Source of the DNA: the human T2T-CHM13v2.0 reference genome, Homo sapiens
Reading direction: 5' to 3' (one strand)
Assembly (NCBI RefSeq): GCF_009914755.1
Contig: NC_060933.1
DNA length: 64,000 nt
Shown here: one piece after another, positions 14,901 to 30,200 of the stretch
Position numbering within the stretch: the first letter of the stretch is position 1
How the letters are laid out: the number at the start of each line of letters is the position of its first letter
The notes under the pieces: model-generated
What the model saw: the letters and a program-made list of their open reading frames with translations, nothing else
What the model was told of the DNA's origin: nothing
The model's database searches: none
Made by a program: the position numbers and the translations under genes

Positions 14901-16940
14901 GAATGGAATGGAATGCAATGGAATGGAATCTTCCGGAATGGAATGGAATGGAATGGAATGGAATGGAATCAACGCGACTGCAGGGGAATGGAATGTAATG
15001 GAATGTAATGGAATGGAATCTTCCGGAATGGAATGGAATGGAAAGGAATCAACCCGAGTGCAGTGGAATGGAGTGGAATGGAATAGAATGGAATGGAACA
15101 ACCCGAATGGAATCGAATGTAATGGAGAGTAAGGGAGTTGAATAGAATCAATCCGAATGTAATGGAATGGAATGGAACGGAATGGAATTGAATGGAATGG
15201 AATGGAATGCAATGGAATGGAATCAACCCGAGTGCAATGGAATGGAGAGGAATGGAATGGAATGGAGTGGAAACTACCCGAATGGAATGGAACGTAATGG
15301 AGTGTAAGGGAATTGAATAGAATCAATCCGAATGTAATGGAATGGAATGGAACGGAATGGAATGGAATGGAATGGAATGGAATGGAATCAACCCGAGTGC
15401 AATCGAATGGAATCGAATGGAATTGAATGCAATGGAATGGATTCAACTTGAATGGAATGGAAAGAATGGAATCACCACGAGTGGAATGGCATGGATTGGA
15501 ATGGAATGCAATGGAATCAACCCGAGTACAGGGGAATGGAATGGAATGGAATGCAATGGAATGGAATCATCCGTAATGGAATGGAAAGGAATGGAATGGA
15601 ATGGAATGGAATGGAATGGAATGGAATGGAATGGAATCAACTCGATTGCAATCGAATGGAATGGAATGGAATTAACCCGAATAGAATGGAATGGAATGGA
15701 ATGGAATGGAACGGAATGGAATGGAATGGAATGGAATGGAACGGAACGGAATGGAATGGAATGGAATGGAATGGAATGGAATGGATTCAACGCGAGTGCA
15801 GGGGAATGGAATGGAATGGAATGCAATGGAATAGAATCCTCCGGAATGGAATGGAATGGAATGGAATGGAATGGAATGAAATGCAATGGATTCAACTCGA
15901 TTGCAATGGAATGGAATAGAATGGAATGGAATGGAATTAACCCGAATAGAATGGAATGGAATGCAATGGAACTGAATGGAACGGAATGGAATGGAATGGA
16001 ATGGAATGGAATGGTATGGAATGGAATGAAATGGTACGGAATAGAATGGAAAGGAACGAATTGTAATGGAATGGAATTGAATGGAATGGAATGGAATCAA
16101 CGCGAGTGCAGGGGAATGTAATGGAACGGAATGCAATGGAATGGAATCATCCGGAATGGAATGGAATGGAATGGAATGGAATGGAATGGAATCAACCCGA
16201 GTACAATGGAATGGAATGGAATGGAATGGAATGGAATGGAATGGAATGCCTTCAAACCGAATGGAATGGAAAGGAATGGAATCAAAACGAGTGGAATGGA
16301 ATGGAATGGAATGGAATGGAATGGAATGGAATGATACGGAATAGAATGGAATCGAACGAAATGGAATGGAATGGAATGGAATGGAATCGTTCCGAGTGGA
16401 ATAGGAAGGAATGTATTCGAGTGGAATGGAAAGGAATGGAATCAACCAGAGTGGAATGGAAGGGAATGGAATGGAATGGAAACTAATAGAATGGAATCAA
16501 CCCGAGTGGAATGGGATGGAAAGGACTGGAATGGAATGGAATGGAATGGAATGGAATGGAATCAACTCGATTGTAATGGAATGGAATGGAATGGAATGGA
16601 ATGGAATGGAATTAACCTGAATACAATGGAATGGAATGGAATGGAACGGAATGGAGTGGAATGGAATGGAATCAACACGAGTGCAGGGGAATGGAATGGA
16701 ATGGAATGCAATGGAATGGAATCATCCGGAATGGAATGGAATGGAATGGAATGCAAAGCAATGGAATCAACTCGATTGCAATGGAATGGAATGGAATGGA
16801 AAGGAATACATTGGAATCAACCCGAGTGGAATGGAATGGAAAGGACTGGAATGGAGTGGAATGGAATGGAATGGAATCAACTCGATTGGAATGGAATGGA
16901 ATGGAATGGAATGGAATGGAATGGAATGGAATTAACCCGA
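6395..16940 (+). repeat. Copy 1 of ~10.5-kb duplicated block, offset ~14.85 kb (partner ~21255-31780)
   Basis: ORF pairs offset by 14840-14860 (6670/21525, 7693/22553, 9049/23904, 10289/25139, 12197/27037, 13760/28615, 16411/31261). Shared rare variants: GAGACTAAGGGAGATG, GGCATGCAAT, CTTCCAGAAT, CCTCCGG. Confidence 0.92.
14880..15045 (+). repeat. 90-bp local tandem duplication of the CAACGCGA..GCAGGGG..CTTCCGG module (also at 29725-29890), giving paired HSEs
   Basis: CAACGCGA at 14880 and 14970; HSE at 14925 and 15015. Repeated at 29725/29815 and 29770/29860. Confidence 0.85.
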
Positions 16941-19900
16941 ATAGAATGGAATGGAATGGAATGGAATGGAATGGAATCAACGCGAGTGCAGGGGAATGGA
17001 ATGGAATGGAATGTAATGGAATGGAATCTTCCGGAATGGAATGGAATGGAATGGAATGGAATGAAAGGCAATGGATTCAACTCGATTGCAATGCAATGGA
17101 ATAGAATGGAAGGGAATGGAATGGAGTGGAATGGAATTGAATGGAATGGAATGCCTTCAAACCGAATGGAATGGAAAGGAATGGAATCAACACGAGTGGA
17201 AAGGAATGGAATGGAAAGGAATGGAATGGAATGGAATGGTACCGAATTGAACGGAATGGAACGAACTGGAATGGAATGGAATGGATTGGAATGGAATGGA
17301 ATGGAATGGAATGGAATCGTTCCGAGTGGAATAGGAGGGAATGTATTCGAGTGGAATGGAAAGGAATGGAATCAACCAGAGTGGAATGGAAGGGAATGGA
17401 ATGGAATGGAAACTAATAGAATGGAATCAACCCGAGTGGAATGGAATGGAAAGGACTGGAATGGAATGGAATGGAATGGAATGGAATGGAATGGAATCAA
17501 CTCGATTGTAATGGAATGGAATGGAATGGAATGGAATGGAATGGAATGGAATGGAATTAACCCGAATACAATGGAATGGAATGGAATGGAACGGAATGGA
17601 GTGGAATGGAATGGAATCAACCCGAGTGTAATGGAATGGAAAGGACTGGAATGGAGTGGAATGGAATGGAATGCAATGGAATGGAATCAACTCGATTGGA
17701 ATGGAATGGAATGGAATGGAATCTTCCGGAATGGAATGGAATTGAATGGAATGGAATGGAATGGTATGGAATAAACCCGATTGCAATGGAATGGAGTGGA
17801 ATGGAATGGAATGGAATGGAACAACCCGAATGGAATGGAATGTAATGGAGAGTAAGGGAGTTGAATAGAATCAATCCGAATGGAATGGAATGGAATGGAA
17901 CGGAATGGAATTGAATGGAATGGAATGGAATGCAATGGAATGGAATCAACCCGAGTGCAATGGAATGGAGAGGAATGGAATGGAATGGAATGGAAACTAC
18001 CCGAATGGAATGGAATGTAATGGAGTGTAAGGGAATTGAATAGAATCAATCCGAATGTAATGGAATGGAATGGAACGGAATGGAATGGAATGGAATGGAA
18101 TGGAATGGAATGCAATGGAATGGAATCAACCCGAGTGCAATCGAATGGAATCGAATTGAATGGAATGCAATGGAATGGATTCAACTTGAATGGAATGGAA
18201 AGAAGGGAATCAACACGAGTGGAAGGGCATGGATTGGAATGCAATGGAATGGAAACAACCCGAGTACAGTGGAATGGAATGGAATGGAATGCAATGGAAT
18301 GGAATCATCCGTAATGGAATGGAAAGGAATGGAATGGAATGGAATGGAATGGAATGGAATGGAATGGAATCAACACGATTGCAATCGAATGGAATGGAAT
18401 GGAATTAACCCGAATAGAATGGAATGGAATGGAATGGAAAGGAACGGAATGGAATGGAATGGAATGGAATGGAATGGAATGGAGCGGAACGGAATGGAAT
18501 GGAATGGAATGGAATGGAATGGAATGGAATGGATTCAACGCGAGTGCAGGGGAATGGAATGGAATGGAATGCAATGGAATGGAATCTTCCGGAATGGAAT
18601 GGAATAGAATGGAATGGAATGGAATGGAATGGAATCAACCCGAGTACAGGGGAATGGAATGGAAGGTAATGCAATGGAATGGAATCATCCGTAATGGAAT
18701 GGAAAGGAATGGAATGGAATGGAATGGAATGGAATGGAATGGAATCACCTCGATTGCAATCGAATGGAATGGAATGGAATTAATCCGAATAGAATGGAAT
18801 CAAATGGAACGGAACGGAACGGAATGGAATGGAATGGAATGGAATGGAATGGAACGGAACGGAACGGAATGGAATGGAATGGAATGGAATGGAATGGAAT
18901 GGAATCAACGCGAGTGCAGGGGAATGGAATGGAATGGAATGCAATGGAATGGAATCTTCCGGAATGGAATGGAATGGAATGAAATGGACTCAACTCGATT
19001 GCAATGGAATGGAATAGAATGGAATGGAATGGAATGGAATGGAATTAACCCGAATAAAATGGAATGGATTGGGATGGAACGGAACGGAACGGAACGGAAT
19101 GGAATGGAATGGAATGGAACGGAATGGTATGGAATGGAATGGAATGGTACGGAATAGAATGGAATGGAAAGAATTGGAATGGAATGGAATGGAATGGAAT
19201 GGAATGGAATGGAATGGAATCAACCCGAGTGCAGGGGAATGTAATGGAACGGAATGTAATCGAATGGAATCATCCGGAATGGAATGGAATGGAATGGAAT
19301 GGAATGGAATGGAATGGAACCAACTCGATTGTGATGGAATGGAATGGAATGGAATGGAATGGAATGGAATTAACCCGAATACAATGGAATGGAATGGAAT
19401 GGAACGGAATGGAGTGGAATGGAATGGAATCAACCCGAGTGCTGAGGAATGGATTGGAATGGAATGCAATGGAATGGAATCATCCGGAATGGAATGGAAT
19501 GGAATGGAATGCAAAGCAATGGAATCAACTCGATTGCAATGGAATGGAATGGAATGGAAAGGAATACATTGGAATCAACCCGAGTGGAATGGAATGGAAA
19601 GGACTGGAATGGAGTGGAATGGAATGGAATGGAATGGAATGGAATCAACTCGATTGGAATGGAATGGAATGGAATGGAATGGAATGGAATTAACCCGAAT
19701 AGAATGGAATGGAATGGAATGGAATGGAACGGAACGGAACGGAATGGAATGGAATGGAATGCAATGGAATGGAATGGAATGGAATCAACCCGACTGCAGG
19801 GGAATGGAATGGAATGGAATGCAATGTAATGGATTCAACTTGAATGGAATGCAAAGAATGGAATCAACACGAGTGGAATGGCATGGATTGGAATGGAATG

Positions 19901-21296
19901 GAATGGAATGAACCCGAGTATAGGGGAATGGAATGGAATGGAATGCAATGGAATGGAATCATCCGTAATGGAATGGAAAGGAATGGAATGGAATGGAATG
20001 GAATGGAATGGAATGGAATGGAATCAACTCGAATGCAGTCGAATGCAATGGAATGGAATTAACCCGAATAGAATGGAATGGAATGGAATGGAACGGAACG
20101 GAACGGAACGGAATGGCATGGAATGGAATGGAATGGAATGGAATGGAATGAACGCGAGTGCAGGGGAATGGAATGGAATGGAATGCAATGGAATGGAATC
20201 TTCTGGAATGGAATGGAATGGAATGGAATGGAATGGAATGGAATGGAATAAACCCGATTGCAATGGAATGGAGTGGAATGGAATGGAATGGAATGGAACA
20301 ACCCGAATGGAATGGAATGTAATGGAGAGTAAGGGAGTTGAATAGAATCAATCCGAATGTAATGGAATGGAATGGAACGGAATGGAATTGAATGGAATGG
20401 AATGGAATGCAATGGAATGGAATCAACCCGAGTGCAATGGAATGGAGAGGAATGGAATGGAATGGAATGGAAACTACCCGAATGGAATGGAATGTAATGG
20501 AGTGTAAGGGAATTGAATAGAATCAATCCGAATGTAATGGAATGGAATGGAACGGAATGGAATGGAATGGAATGCAATGGAATGGAATGGAATGCAATGG
20601 AATGGAATCAACCCGAGTGCAATCGAATGGAATCGAATGGAATGGAATGCAATGGAATGGATTCAACTTGAATGGAATGGAAAGAATGGAATCAACACGA
20701 GTGGAATGGCATGGATTGGAATGCAATGGAATGGAATCAACCCGAGTACAGTGGAATGGAATGGAATGGAATGCAATGGAATGGAACCATCCGTAATGGA
20801 ATGGAAAGGAATGGAATGGTATGGAATGGAATGGAATGGAATGGATTGGAATCAACACGATTGCAATAGAATGGAATGGAATGGAATTAACCCAAATAGA
20901 ATGGAATGGAATGGAATGGAACGGAACGGAACAGAATGGAATGGAATGGAATGGAATGGAATGGAACGGAACGGAACGGAATGGAATGGAATGGAATGGA
21001 ATGGAATGGAATGGAATGGAATCAACGTGAGTGCAGGGGAATGGAATGTAATGGAATGCAATGGAATGGAATCTTCCGGAATGGAAAGGAATGGAATGGA
21101 ATGGAATCAACCCGAGTGCAATGGAATGGAGTGGAATGGAATGGAATGGAATGGAACAACCCGAATGGAATGGAATGTAATGGAGAGTAAGGGAGTTGAA
21201 TAGAATCAATCCGAATGTAATGGAATGGAATGGAAAGGAATGGAATTGAATGGAATGGAATGGAATGCAATGGAATGGAATCAACCCGAGTGCAAT
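16423..21296 (+). repeat. ~4.9-kb internal duplication of ~9586-14510 (offset ~6.79-6.85 kb)
   Basis: ORF pairs 10289/17141 (6852), 12197/19024 (6827), 13012/19844 (6832), 13760/20542 (6782). Shared CAACGTGAGT (14236, 21023) and GGACTCAACTCG. Confidence 0.88.
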
Positions 21297-24200
21297 CGAA
21301 TGGAATCGAATGGAATGGAATACAATGGAATGGATTCAACTTGAATGGAATGGAAAGAATGGAATCAACACGAGTGGAAGGGCATGGATTGGAATGCAAT
21401 GGAATGGAATCAACCCGAGTACAGGGGAATGGAATGGAATGGAATGCAATGGAATGGAATCATCCGTAATGGAATGGAAAGGAATGGAATGGAATGGAAT
21501 GGAATGGAATGGAATGGAATGGAATCAACACGATTGCAATCGAATGGAATGGAATGGAATTAACCCAAATAGAATGGAATGGAATGGAATGAAACGGAAT
21601 GGAATGGAATGGAATGGAATGGAATGGAATGGAATGGAACGGAACAGAAAGGAATGGAATGGAATGGAATGGAATGGAATGGAATCAACGCGAGTGCAGG
21701 GGAATGGCATGGATTGGAATGCAATGGAATGGAATCTTCCGGAATGGAATGGAATGGAATGGAATGAAATGCAATGGATTCAACTCGATTGCAATGGAAT
21801 GGAATAGAATGGAATGGAATGGAATGGAATGGGATTAACCCGAATAGAATGCAATGGAATGGAATGGAACGGAGTGGAACGGAATGGAATGGAATGGAAT
21901 GGAATGGAATGAAATGGAATGGTATGGAATGGAATGGTACGGAATAGAATGGAATGGAACGAATTGTAATGGAATGGAATTGAATGGAATGGAATGGAAT
22001 GGAATGGAATCAACGCGAGTGCAGGGGAATGTAATGGAACGGAATGCAATGGAATGGAATCATCCGGAATGGAATGGAATGGAATGGAATGGAATGGAAT
22101 CAACCCGAGTGCAATGGAATGGAGTGGAATGGAATGGAATGGAATGGAATGGAATGGAATCAACGCGAGTGCAGGGGAATGGAATGGAATGGAATGCAAT
22201 GGAATGGAATCTTCCGGAATGGAATGGAATGGAATGGAATGGAATGGAATAGAATCAACCCGAGTGCAATGGAATGGAGTGGAATGGAATGGAATGGAAT
22301 GGAACAACCCGAATGGAATGGAATGTAATGGAGACTAAGGGAGATGAATAGAATCAATTAGAATGTAATGGAATGGAATGGAACGGAATGGAATTGAATG
22401 GAATGGAATGGAATGCAATGGAATGGAATCAACCCGAGTGCAATGGAATGGAGAGGAATGGAATGGAATGGAATGGAAACTACCCGAATGGAATGGAATG
22501 TAATGGAGTGTAAGGGAATTGAATAGAATCAATCCGAATGTAATGGAATGGAATGGAACGGAACGGAATGGAATGGAATGGAATGGAATGGAATGGAATG
22601 GAATGCAATGGAATGGAATCAACCCGAGTGCAATCGAATGGAATCGAATTGAATGGAATGCAATGGAATGGATTCAACTTGAATGGAATGGAAAGAATGG
22701 AATCAACACGAGTGGAAGGGCATGGATTGGAATGCAATGGAATGGAAACAACCCGAGTACAGGGGAATGGAATGGAATGGAATGCAATGGAATGGAATCA
22801 TCCGTAATGGAATGGAAAGGAATGGAATGGAATGGAATGGAATGGAATGGAATTAACCCGAATAGAATGGAATGGAATGGAATGGAACGGAATGGAACGG
22901 AATGGAATGGCATGGAAAGGAATGGAATGGAATGGTATGGAATGGAATGGAATGGTAGGGAATAGAATGGAATGGAACGAATTGTAATGGAATGGAATGG
23001 AATGGAATGGAATGGAATGGAATGGAATGGAATGGAATCAACGCGAGTGCAGGGGAATGTAATGGAACGGAATGCAATGGAATGGAATCATCCGGAATGG
23101 AATGGAATGGAATGGAATGGAATGGAATCAACCCGAGTGCAATGGAATGGAGTGGAATGGAATGGAATGGAATGGAACAACCCGAATGGAATGGAATGTA
23201 ATGGAGAGTAAGGGAGTTGAATAGAATCAATCGGAATGTAATGGAATGGAATGCAACGGAATGCAAAGGAATGGAATGGAATGGAATGGAATGGAATGGA
23301 ATGCAAAGGAATGGAATCAACCCGAGTGGAATGGCATGGAATGGAATGCAATGGAATGGAATGGAATGGAATCAACTCGAATGGAAAGGAATGGAATGGA
23401 ATGGAAAGGAATGGAATGAAATCAACTCGAGTGGAATGGAATGGAATGGATTGGAATGGATTGCAATGGAATGAAATGGAATGGAATGGAATATAATCAA
23501 TCATTCCGAGTGGAATGGAAGGGAATGTAATGGAGTGGAAAGAAGGGAATGGAATCAACCCGATTGGAATGCAAGGCAATGGAATCGAACGGAAAGGAAT
23601 GGAATGGAATCAACTCGATTGCAATGGAATGGAATGGAATGGAATGGAATGGAATGGAATGGAATGGAATTAACCGGAATAGAATGGAATGCAATGGAAT
23701 GGAACGGAATGGAATGGAATAGAAGGTAATGGAATCAACACGAGTGCAGGGGAATGGAATGGAATGGAATGCAATGGAATGGAATCATCCGGAATGGAAT
23801 GGAATGGAATGGAATCAACTCCATTGCAATGGAATGGAATGGAATGGAATGGAATAGAATGGAATGGAATTAACTCGAATAGAATGGAATGCAATAGAAT
23901 GGAATGGAACGGAACCGAATGGAGTGGAATGGAATGGAATGGAATCAACCTGAGTGCAGGGGAATGGAATGGAATGGAATGCAACGGAATGGAATCATCC
24001 GGAATGGAATGGAATGGAATGGAATGGAATCAAACCGAGTGCAATGGAATGGAGTGAAATGGAATGGAATGGAATGGAAACAACCAGAATGGATTGGAAT
24101 ATAATGGAGTGTAAGGGAATTGAATAGAATCAAAATGAATGTAATGAAATGGAATGGAACGGAATGGAATGGAATGGAATGGAATGGAATGGAATGGAAT

Positions 24201-27200
24201 GGAATGGAATCAAACCGAGTGGAATGGCATGGAATGGAATGCAATGGAATGGAATGCAATGGAATGGAATGGTTCGGAATAGAATGGATTGGAACAAAAT
24301 GGAATGGAATGGAATGGAATGGAATGGAATGGAATGGAATAGAATGGAATGGAATGGAATCAAGTCGGTTGCAGTGGAATAGAATGGAATGGAATGGAAC
24401 GGAGTGGAATGGAATGGAATGGAATGGAATGGAATTAAATGGAATGGAAAGGAATGGAATCAACCAGAGTGGAATGGAAGGGAATGGAATGGAATGGAAA
24501 CTAATAGAATGGAATCAACCCGAGTGGAATGGAATGGAAAGGACTGGAATGGAATGGAATGGAATGGAATGGAATGGAATCAACTCGATTGTAATGGAAT
24601 GGAATGGAATGGAATGGAATGGAATTAACCTGAATACAATGGAATGGAATGGAATGGAACGGAATGGAGTGGAATGGAATGGAATCAACCCGAGTGCAGG
24701 GGAATGGAATGGAATGGAATGCAATGGAATGGAATCATCCGGAATGGAATGGAATGGAATGGAATGCAAAGCAATGGAATCAACTCGATTGCAATGGAAT
24801 GGAATGGAATGGAAGGGAATACATTGGAATCAACCCGAGTGGAATGGAATGGAAAGGACTGGAATGGAGTGGAATGGAATGGAATGGAATCAACTCGATT
24901 GGAATGGAATGGAATGGAATGGAATGGAATGGAATTAACCCGAATAGAATGGAATGGAATGGAATGGAATGGAATCAACGCGAGTGCAGGGGAATGGAAT
25001 GGAATGGAAAGTAATGGAATGGAATCTTCCGGAATGGAATGGAATGGAATGGAATGGAATGAAAGGCAATGGATTCAACTCGATTGCAATGCAATGGAAT
25101 AGAATGGAAGGGAATGGAATGGAATGGAATGGAATTGAATGGAATGGAATGCCTTCAAACCGAATGGAATGGAAAGGAATGGAATCAACACGAGTGGAAA
25201 GGAATGGAATGGAAAGGAATGGAAAGGAATGGAATGGTACCGAATAGAACGGAATGGAACGAACTGGAATGGAATGGAATGGATTGGAATGGAATGGAAT
25301 GGAATGGAATGGAATCGTTCCGAGTGGAATAGGAGGGAATGTATTCGAGTGGAATGGAAAGGAAAGGAATCAACCAGAGTGGAATGGAAGGGAATGGAAT
25401 GGAATGGAAACTAATAGAATGGAATCAACCCGAGTGGAATGGAATGGAAAGGACTGGAATGGAATGGAATGGAATGGAATGGAATGGAATGGAATGGAAT
25501 CAACTCGATTGTAATGGAATGGAATGGAATGGAATGGAATGGAATGGAATGGAATGGAATGGAATTAACCCGAATACAATGGAATGGAATGGAATGGAAC
25601 GGAATGGAGTGGAATGGAATGGAATCAACCCGAGTGTAATGGAATGGAAAGGACTGGAATGGAGTGGAATGGAATGGAATGCAATGGAATGGAATCAACT
25701 CGATTGGAATGGAATGGAATGGAATGGAATGCAATGGAATGGAATCTTCCGGAATGGAATGGAATGGAATGGAATGGAATGGAATCAACCCGAGTGCAAT
25801 GGAATGGAGTGGAATGGAATGGAATGGTATGGAACAACCCGAATGGAATGGAATGTAATGGAGAGTAAGGGAGTTGAATAGAATCAATCCGAATGGAATG
25901 GAATGGAATGGAACGGAATGGAATTGAATGGAATGGAATGGAATGCAATGGAATGGAATCAACCCGAGTGCAATGGAATGGAGAGGAATGGAATGGAATG
26001 GAATGGAAACTACCCGAATGGAATGGAATGTAATGGAGTGTAAGGGAATTGAATAGAATCAATCCGAATGTAATGGAATGGAATGGAACGGAATGGAATG
26101 GAATGGAATGGAATGGAATGGAATGGAATGGAATGCAATGGAATGGAATCAACCCGAGTGCAATCGAATGGAATCGAATTGAATGGAATGCAATGGAATG
26201 GATTCAACTTGAATGGAATGGAAAGAATGGAATCAACACGAGTGGAAGGGCATGGATTGGCATGCAATGGAATGGAAACAACCCGAGTACAGGGGAATGG
26301 AATGGAATGGAATGCAATGGAATGGAATCATCCGTAATGGAATGGAAAGGAATGGAATGGAATGGAATGGAATGGAATGGAATGGAATGGAATGGAATCA
26401 ACACGATTGCAATCGAATGGAATGGAATGGAATTAACCCGAATAGAATGGAATGGAATGGAATGGAACGGAACGGAATGGAATGGAATGGAATGGAATTG
26501 AATGGAACGGAACGGAATGGAATGGAATGGAATGGAATGGAATGGAATGGAATCAACGCGAGTGCAGGGGAATGGAATGGAATGGAATGCAATGGAATGG
26601 AATCTTCCAGAATGGAATGGAATAGAATGGAATGGAATGGAATGGAATGGAATCAACCCGAGTACAGGGGAATGGAATGGAAGGTAATGCAAAGGAATGG
26701 AATCATCCGTAATGGAATGGAAAGGAATGGAATGGAATGGAATGGAATGGAATGGAATGGAATCACCTCGATTGCAATCGAATGGAATGGAACGGAATTA
26801 ACCCGAATAGAATGGAATCAAATGGAACGGAACGGAACGGAACGGAATGGAATGCAATGGAATGGAATGGAACGGAACGGAACGGAATGGAATGGAATGG
26901 AATGGAATGGAATGGAATCAACGCGAGTGCAGGGGAATGGAATGGAATGGAATACAATGGAATGGAATCTTCCGGAATGGAATGGAATGGAATGAAATGG
27001 ACTCAACTCGATTGCAATGGAATGGAATAGAATGGAATGGAATGGAATGGAATGGAATTAACCCGAATAAAATGGAATGGATTGGGATGGAACGGAACGG
27101 AACGGAATGGAATGGAATGGAATGGAATGGAATGGAATGGTATGGAATGGAATGGAATGGTACGGAATAGAATGGAATGGAAAGAATTGGAATGGAATGG

Positions 27201-30200
27201 AATCGAATGGAATGGAATGGAATGGAATCGAATCAACCCGAGTGCAGGGGAATGTAATGGAACGGAATGTAATCGAATGGAATCATCCGGAATGGAACGG
27301 AATGGAATGGAATGGAATGGAATGGAACAAACTCGATTGTGATGGAATGGAATGGAATGGAATGGAATGGAATGGAATGGAATGGAATGGAATTAACCCG
27401 AATACAATGGAATGGAATGGAATGGAACGGAATGGAGTGGAATGGAATGGAATCAACCCGAGTGCAGAGGAATGGAATGGAATGGAATGCAATGGAATGG
27501 AATCATCCGGAATGGAATGGAATGGAATGGAATGCAAAGCAATGGAATCAACTCGATTGCAATGGAATGGAATGGAATGGAAAGGAATACATTGGAATCA
27601 ACCCGAGTGGAATGGAATGGAAAGGACTGGAATGGAGTGGAATGGAATGGAATGGAATGGAATGGAATCAACTCGATTGGAATGGAATGGAATGGAATGG
27701 AATGGAATGGAATTAACCCGAATAGAATGGAATGGAATGGAATGGAATGGAAGGGAACGGAACGGAATGGAATGGAATGGAATGGAATGGAATGGAATGG
27801 AATCAACCCGACTGCAGGGGAATGGAATGGAATGGAATGCAATATAATGGATTCAACTTGAATGGAATGGAAAGAATGGAATCAACACGAGTGGAATGGC
27901 ATGGATTGGAATGGAATGGAATGGAATAAACCCGAGTACAGGGGAATGGAATGGAATGGAATGCAATGGAATGGAATCATCCGTAATGGAATGGAAAGGA
28001 ATGGAATGGAATGGAATGGAATGGAATGGAATGGAATGGAATCAACTCGAATGCAGTCGAATGGAATGGAATGGAATTAACCCGAATAGAATGCAATGGA
28101 ATGGAATGGAACGGAACGGAACGGAACGGAATGGCATGGAATGGATTGGAATGGAATGGAATGGAATGGAACGGAAAGGAATGGAATGGAATGGAATGGA
28201 ATGGAATGGAATGGAATGGAATGAACGCGAGTGCAGGGGAATGGAATGGAATGGAATGCAATGGAATGGAATCTTCTGGAATGGAATGGAATGGAATGGA
28301 ATGGAATGGAAGGGAATGGAATAAACCCGAGTGCAATGGAATGGAGTGGAATGGAATGGAATGGAATGGAACAACCCGAATGGAATGGAATGTAATGGAG
28401 AGTAAGGGAGTTGAATAGAATCAATCCGAATGTAATGGAATGGAATGGAACGGAATGGAATTGAATGGAATGGAATGGAATGCAATGGAATGGAATCAAC
28501 CCGAGTGCAATGGAATGGAGAGGAATGGAATGGAATGGAATGGAAACTACCCGAATGGAATGGAATGTAATGGAGTGTAAGGGAATTGAATAGAATCAAT
28601 CCGAATGTAATGGAATGGAATGGAACGGAATGGAATGGAATGGAATGCAATGGAATGGAATGGAATGCAATGGAATGGAATCAACCCGAGTGCAATCGAA
28701 TGGAATCGAATGGAATGGAATGCAATGGAATGGATTCAACTTGAATGGAATGGAAAGAATGGAATCAACACGAGTGGAATGGCATGGATTGGAATGCAAT
28801 GGAATGGAATCAACCCGAGTACAGTGGAATGGAATGGAATGGAATGCAATGGAATGGAACCATCCGTAATGGAATGGAAAGGAATGGAATGGTATGGAAT
28901 GGAATGGAATGGAATGGATTGGAATCAACACGATTGCAATAGAATGGAATGGAATGGAATTAACCCAAATAGAATGGAATGGAATGGAATGGAACGGAAC
29001 GGAATGGAATGGAATGGAATGGAATGGAATGGAACGGAACGGAATGGAATGGAATGGAATGGAATGGAATGGAATCAACGCGAGTGCAGGGGAATGGAAT
29101 GTAATGGAATGCAATGGAATGGAATCTTCCGGAATGGAATGGAATGGAATGGAATGGAATCAACCCGAGTGCAATGGAATGGAGTGGAATGGAATGGAAT
29201 GGAATGGAACAACCCGAATGGAATGGAATGTAATGGAGAGTAAGGGAGTTGAATAGAATCAATCCGAATGTAATGGAATGGAATGGAAAGGAATGGAATT
29301 GAATGGAATGGAATGGAATGCAATGGAATGGAATCAACCCGAGTGCAATGGAATGGAGAGGAATGGAATGGAATGGAGTGGAAACTACCCGAATGGAATG
29401 GAATGTAATGGAGTGTAAGGGAATTGAATAGAATCAATCCGAATATAATGGAAAGGAATGGAACGGAATGGAATGGAATGGAATGGAATGGAATGGAATG
29501 GAATGGAATGGAATGCAATGGAAAGGATTCAACCCGAGTGCAATCGAATGGAATCGAATGGAATGGAATGCAATGGAATGGAATCAACTCGATTGCAATC
29601 GAATGGAATGGAATGGAATTAACCCGAATAGAATGGAATGGAATGGAATGGAAAGGAACGGAATGGAATGGAATGGAATGGAATGGAATGGAATGGAACG
29701 GAACGGAATGGAATGGAATGGAATCAACGCGAGTGCAGGGGAATGGAATGGAATGGAATGCAATGGAATGGAATCTTCCGGAATGGAATGGAATGGAATG
29801 GAATGGAATGGAATCAACGCGAGTGCAGGGGAATGGAATGGAATGGAATGTAATGGAATGGAATCTTCCGGAATGGAATGGAATGGAAAGGAATCAACCC
29901 GAGTGCAATGGAATGGAGTGGAATGGAATGGAATGGAATGGAACAACCCGAATGGAATCGAATGTAATGGAGAGTAAGGGAGTTGAATAGAATCAATCCG
30001 AATGTAATGGAATGGAATGGAACGGAATGGAATTGAATGGAATGGAATGGAATGCAATGGAATGGAATCAACCCGAGTGCAATGGAATGGAGAGGAATGG
30101 AATGGAATGGAGTGGAAACTACCCGAATGGAATGGAATGTAATGGAGTGTAAGGGAATTGAATAGAATCAATCCGAATGGAATGGAATGGAATGGAACGG

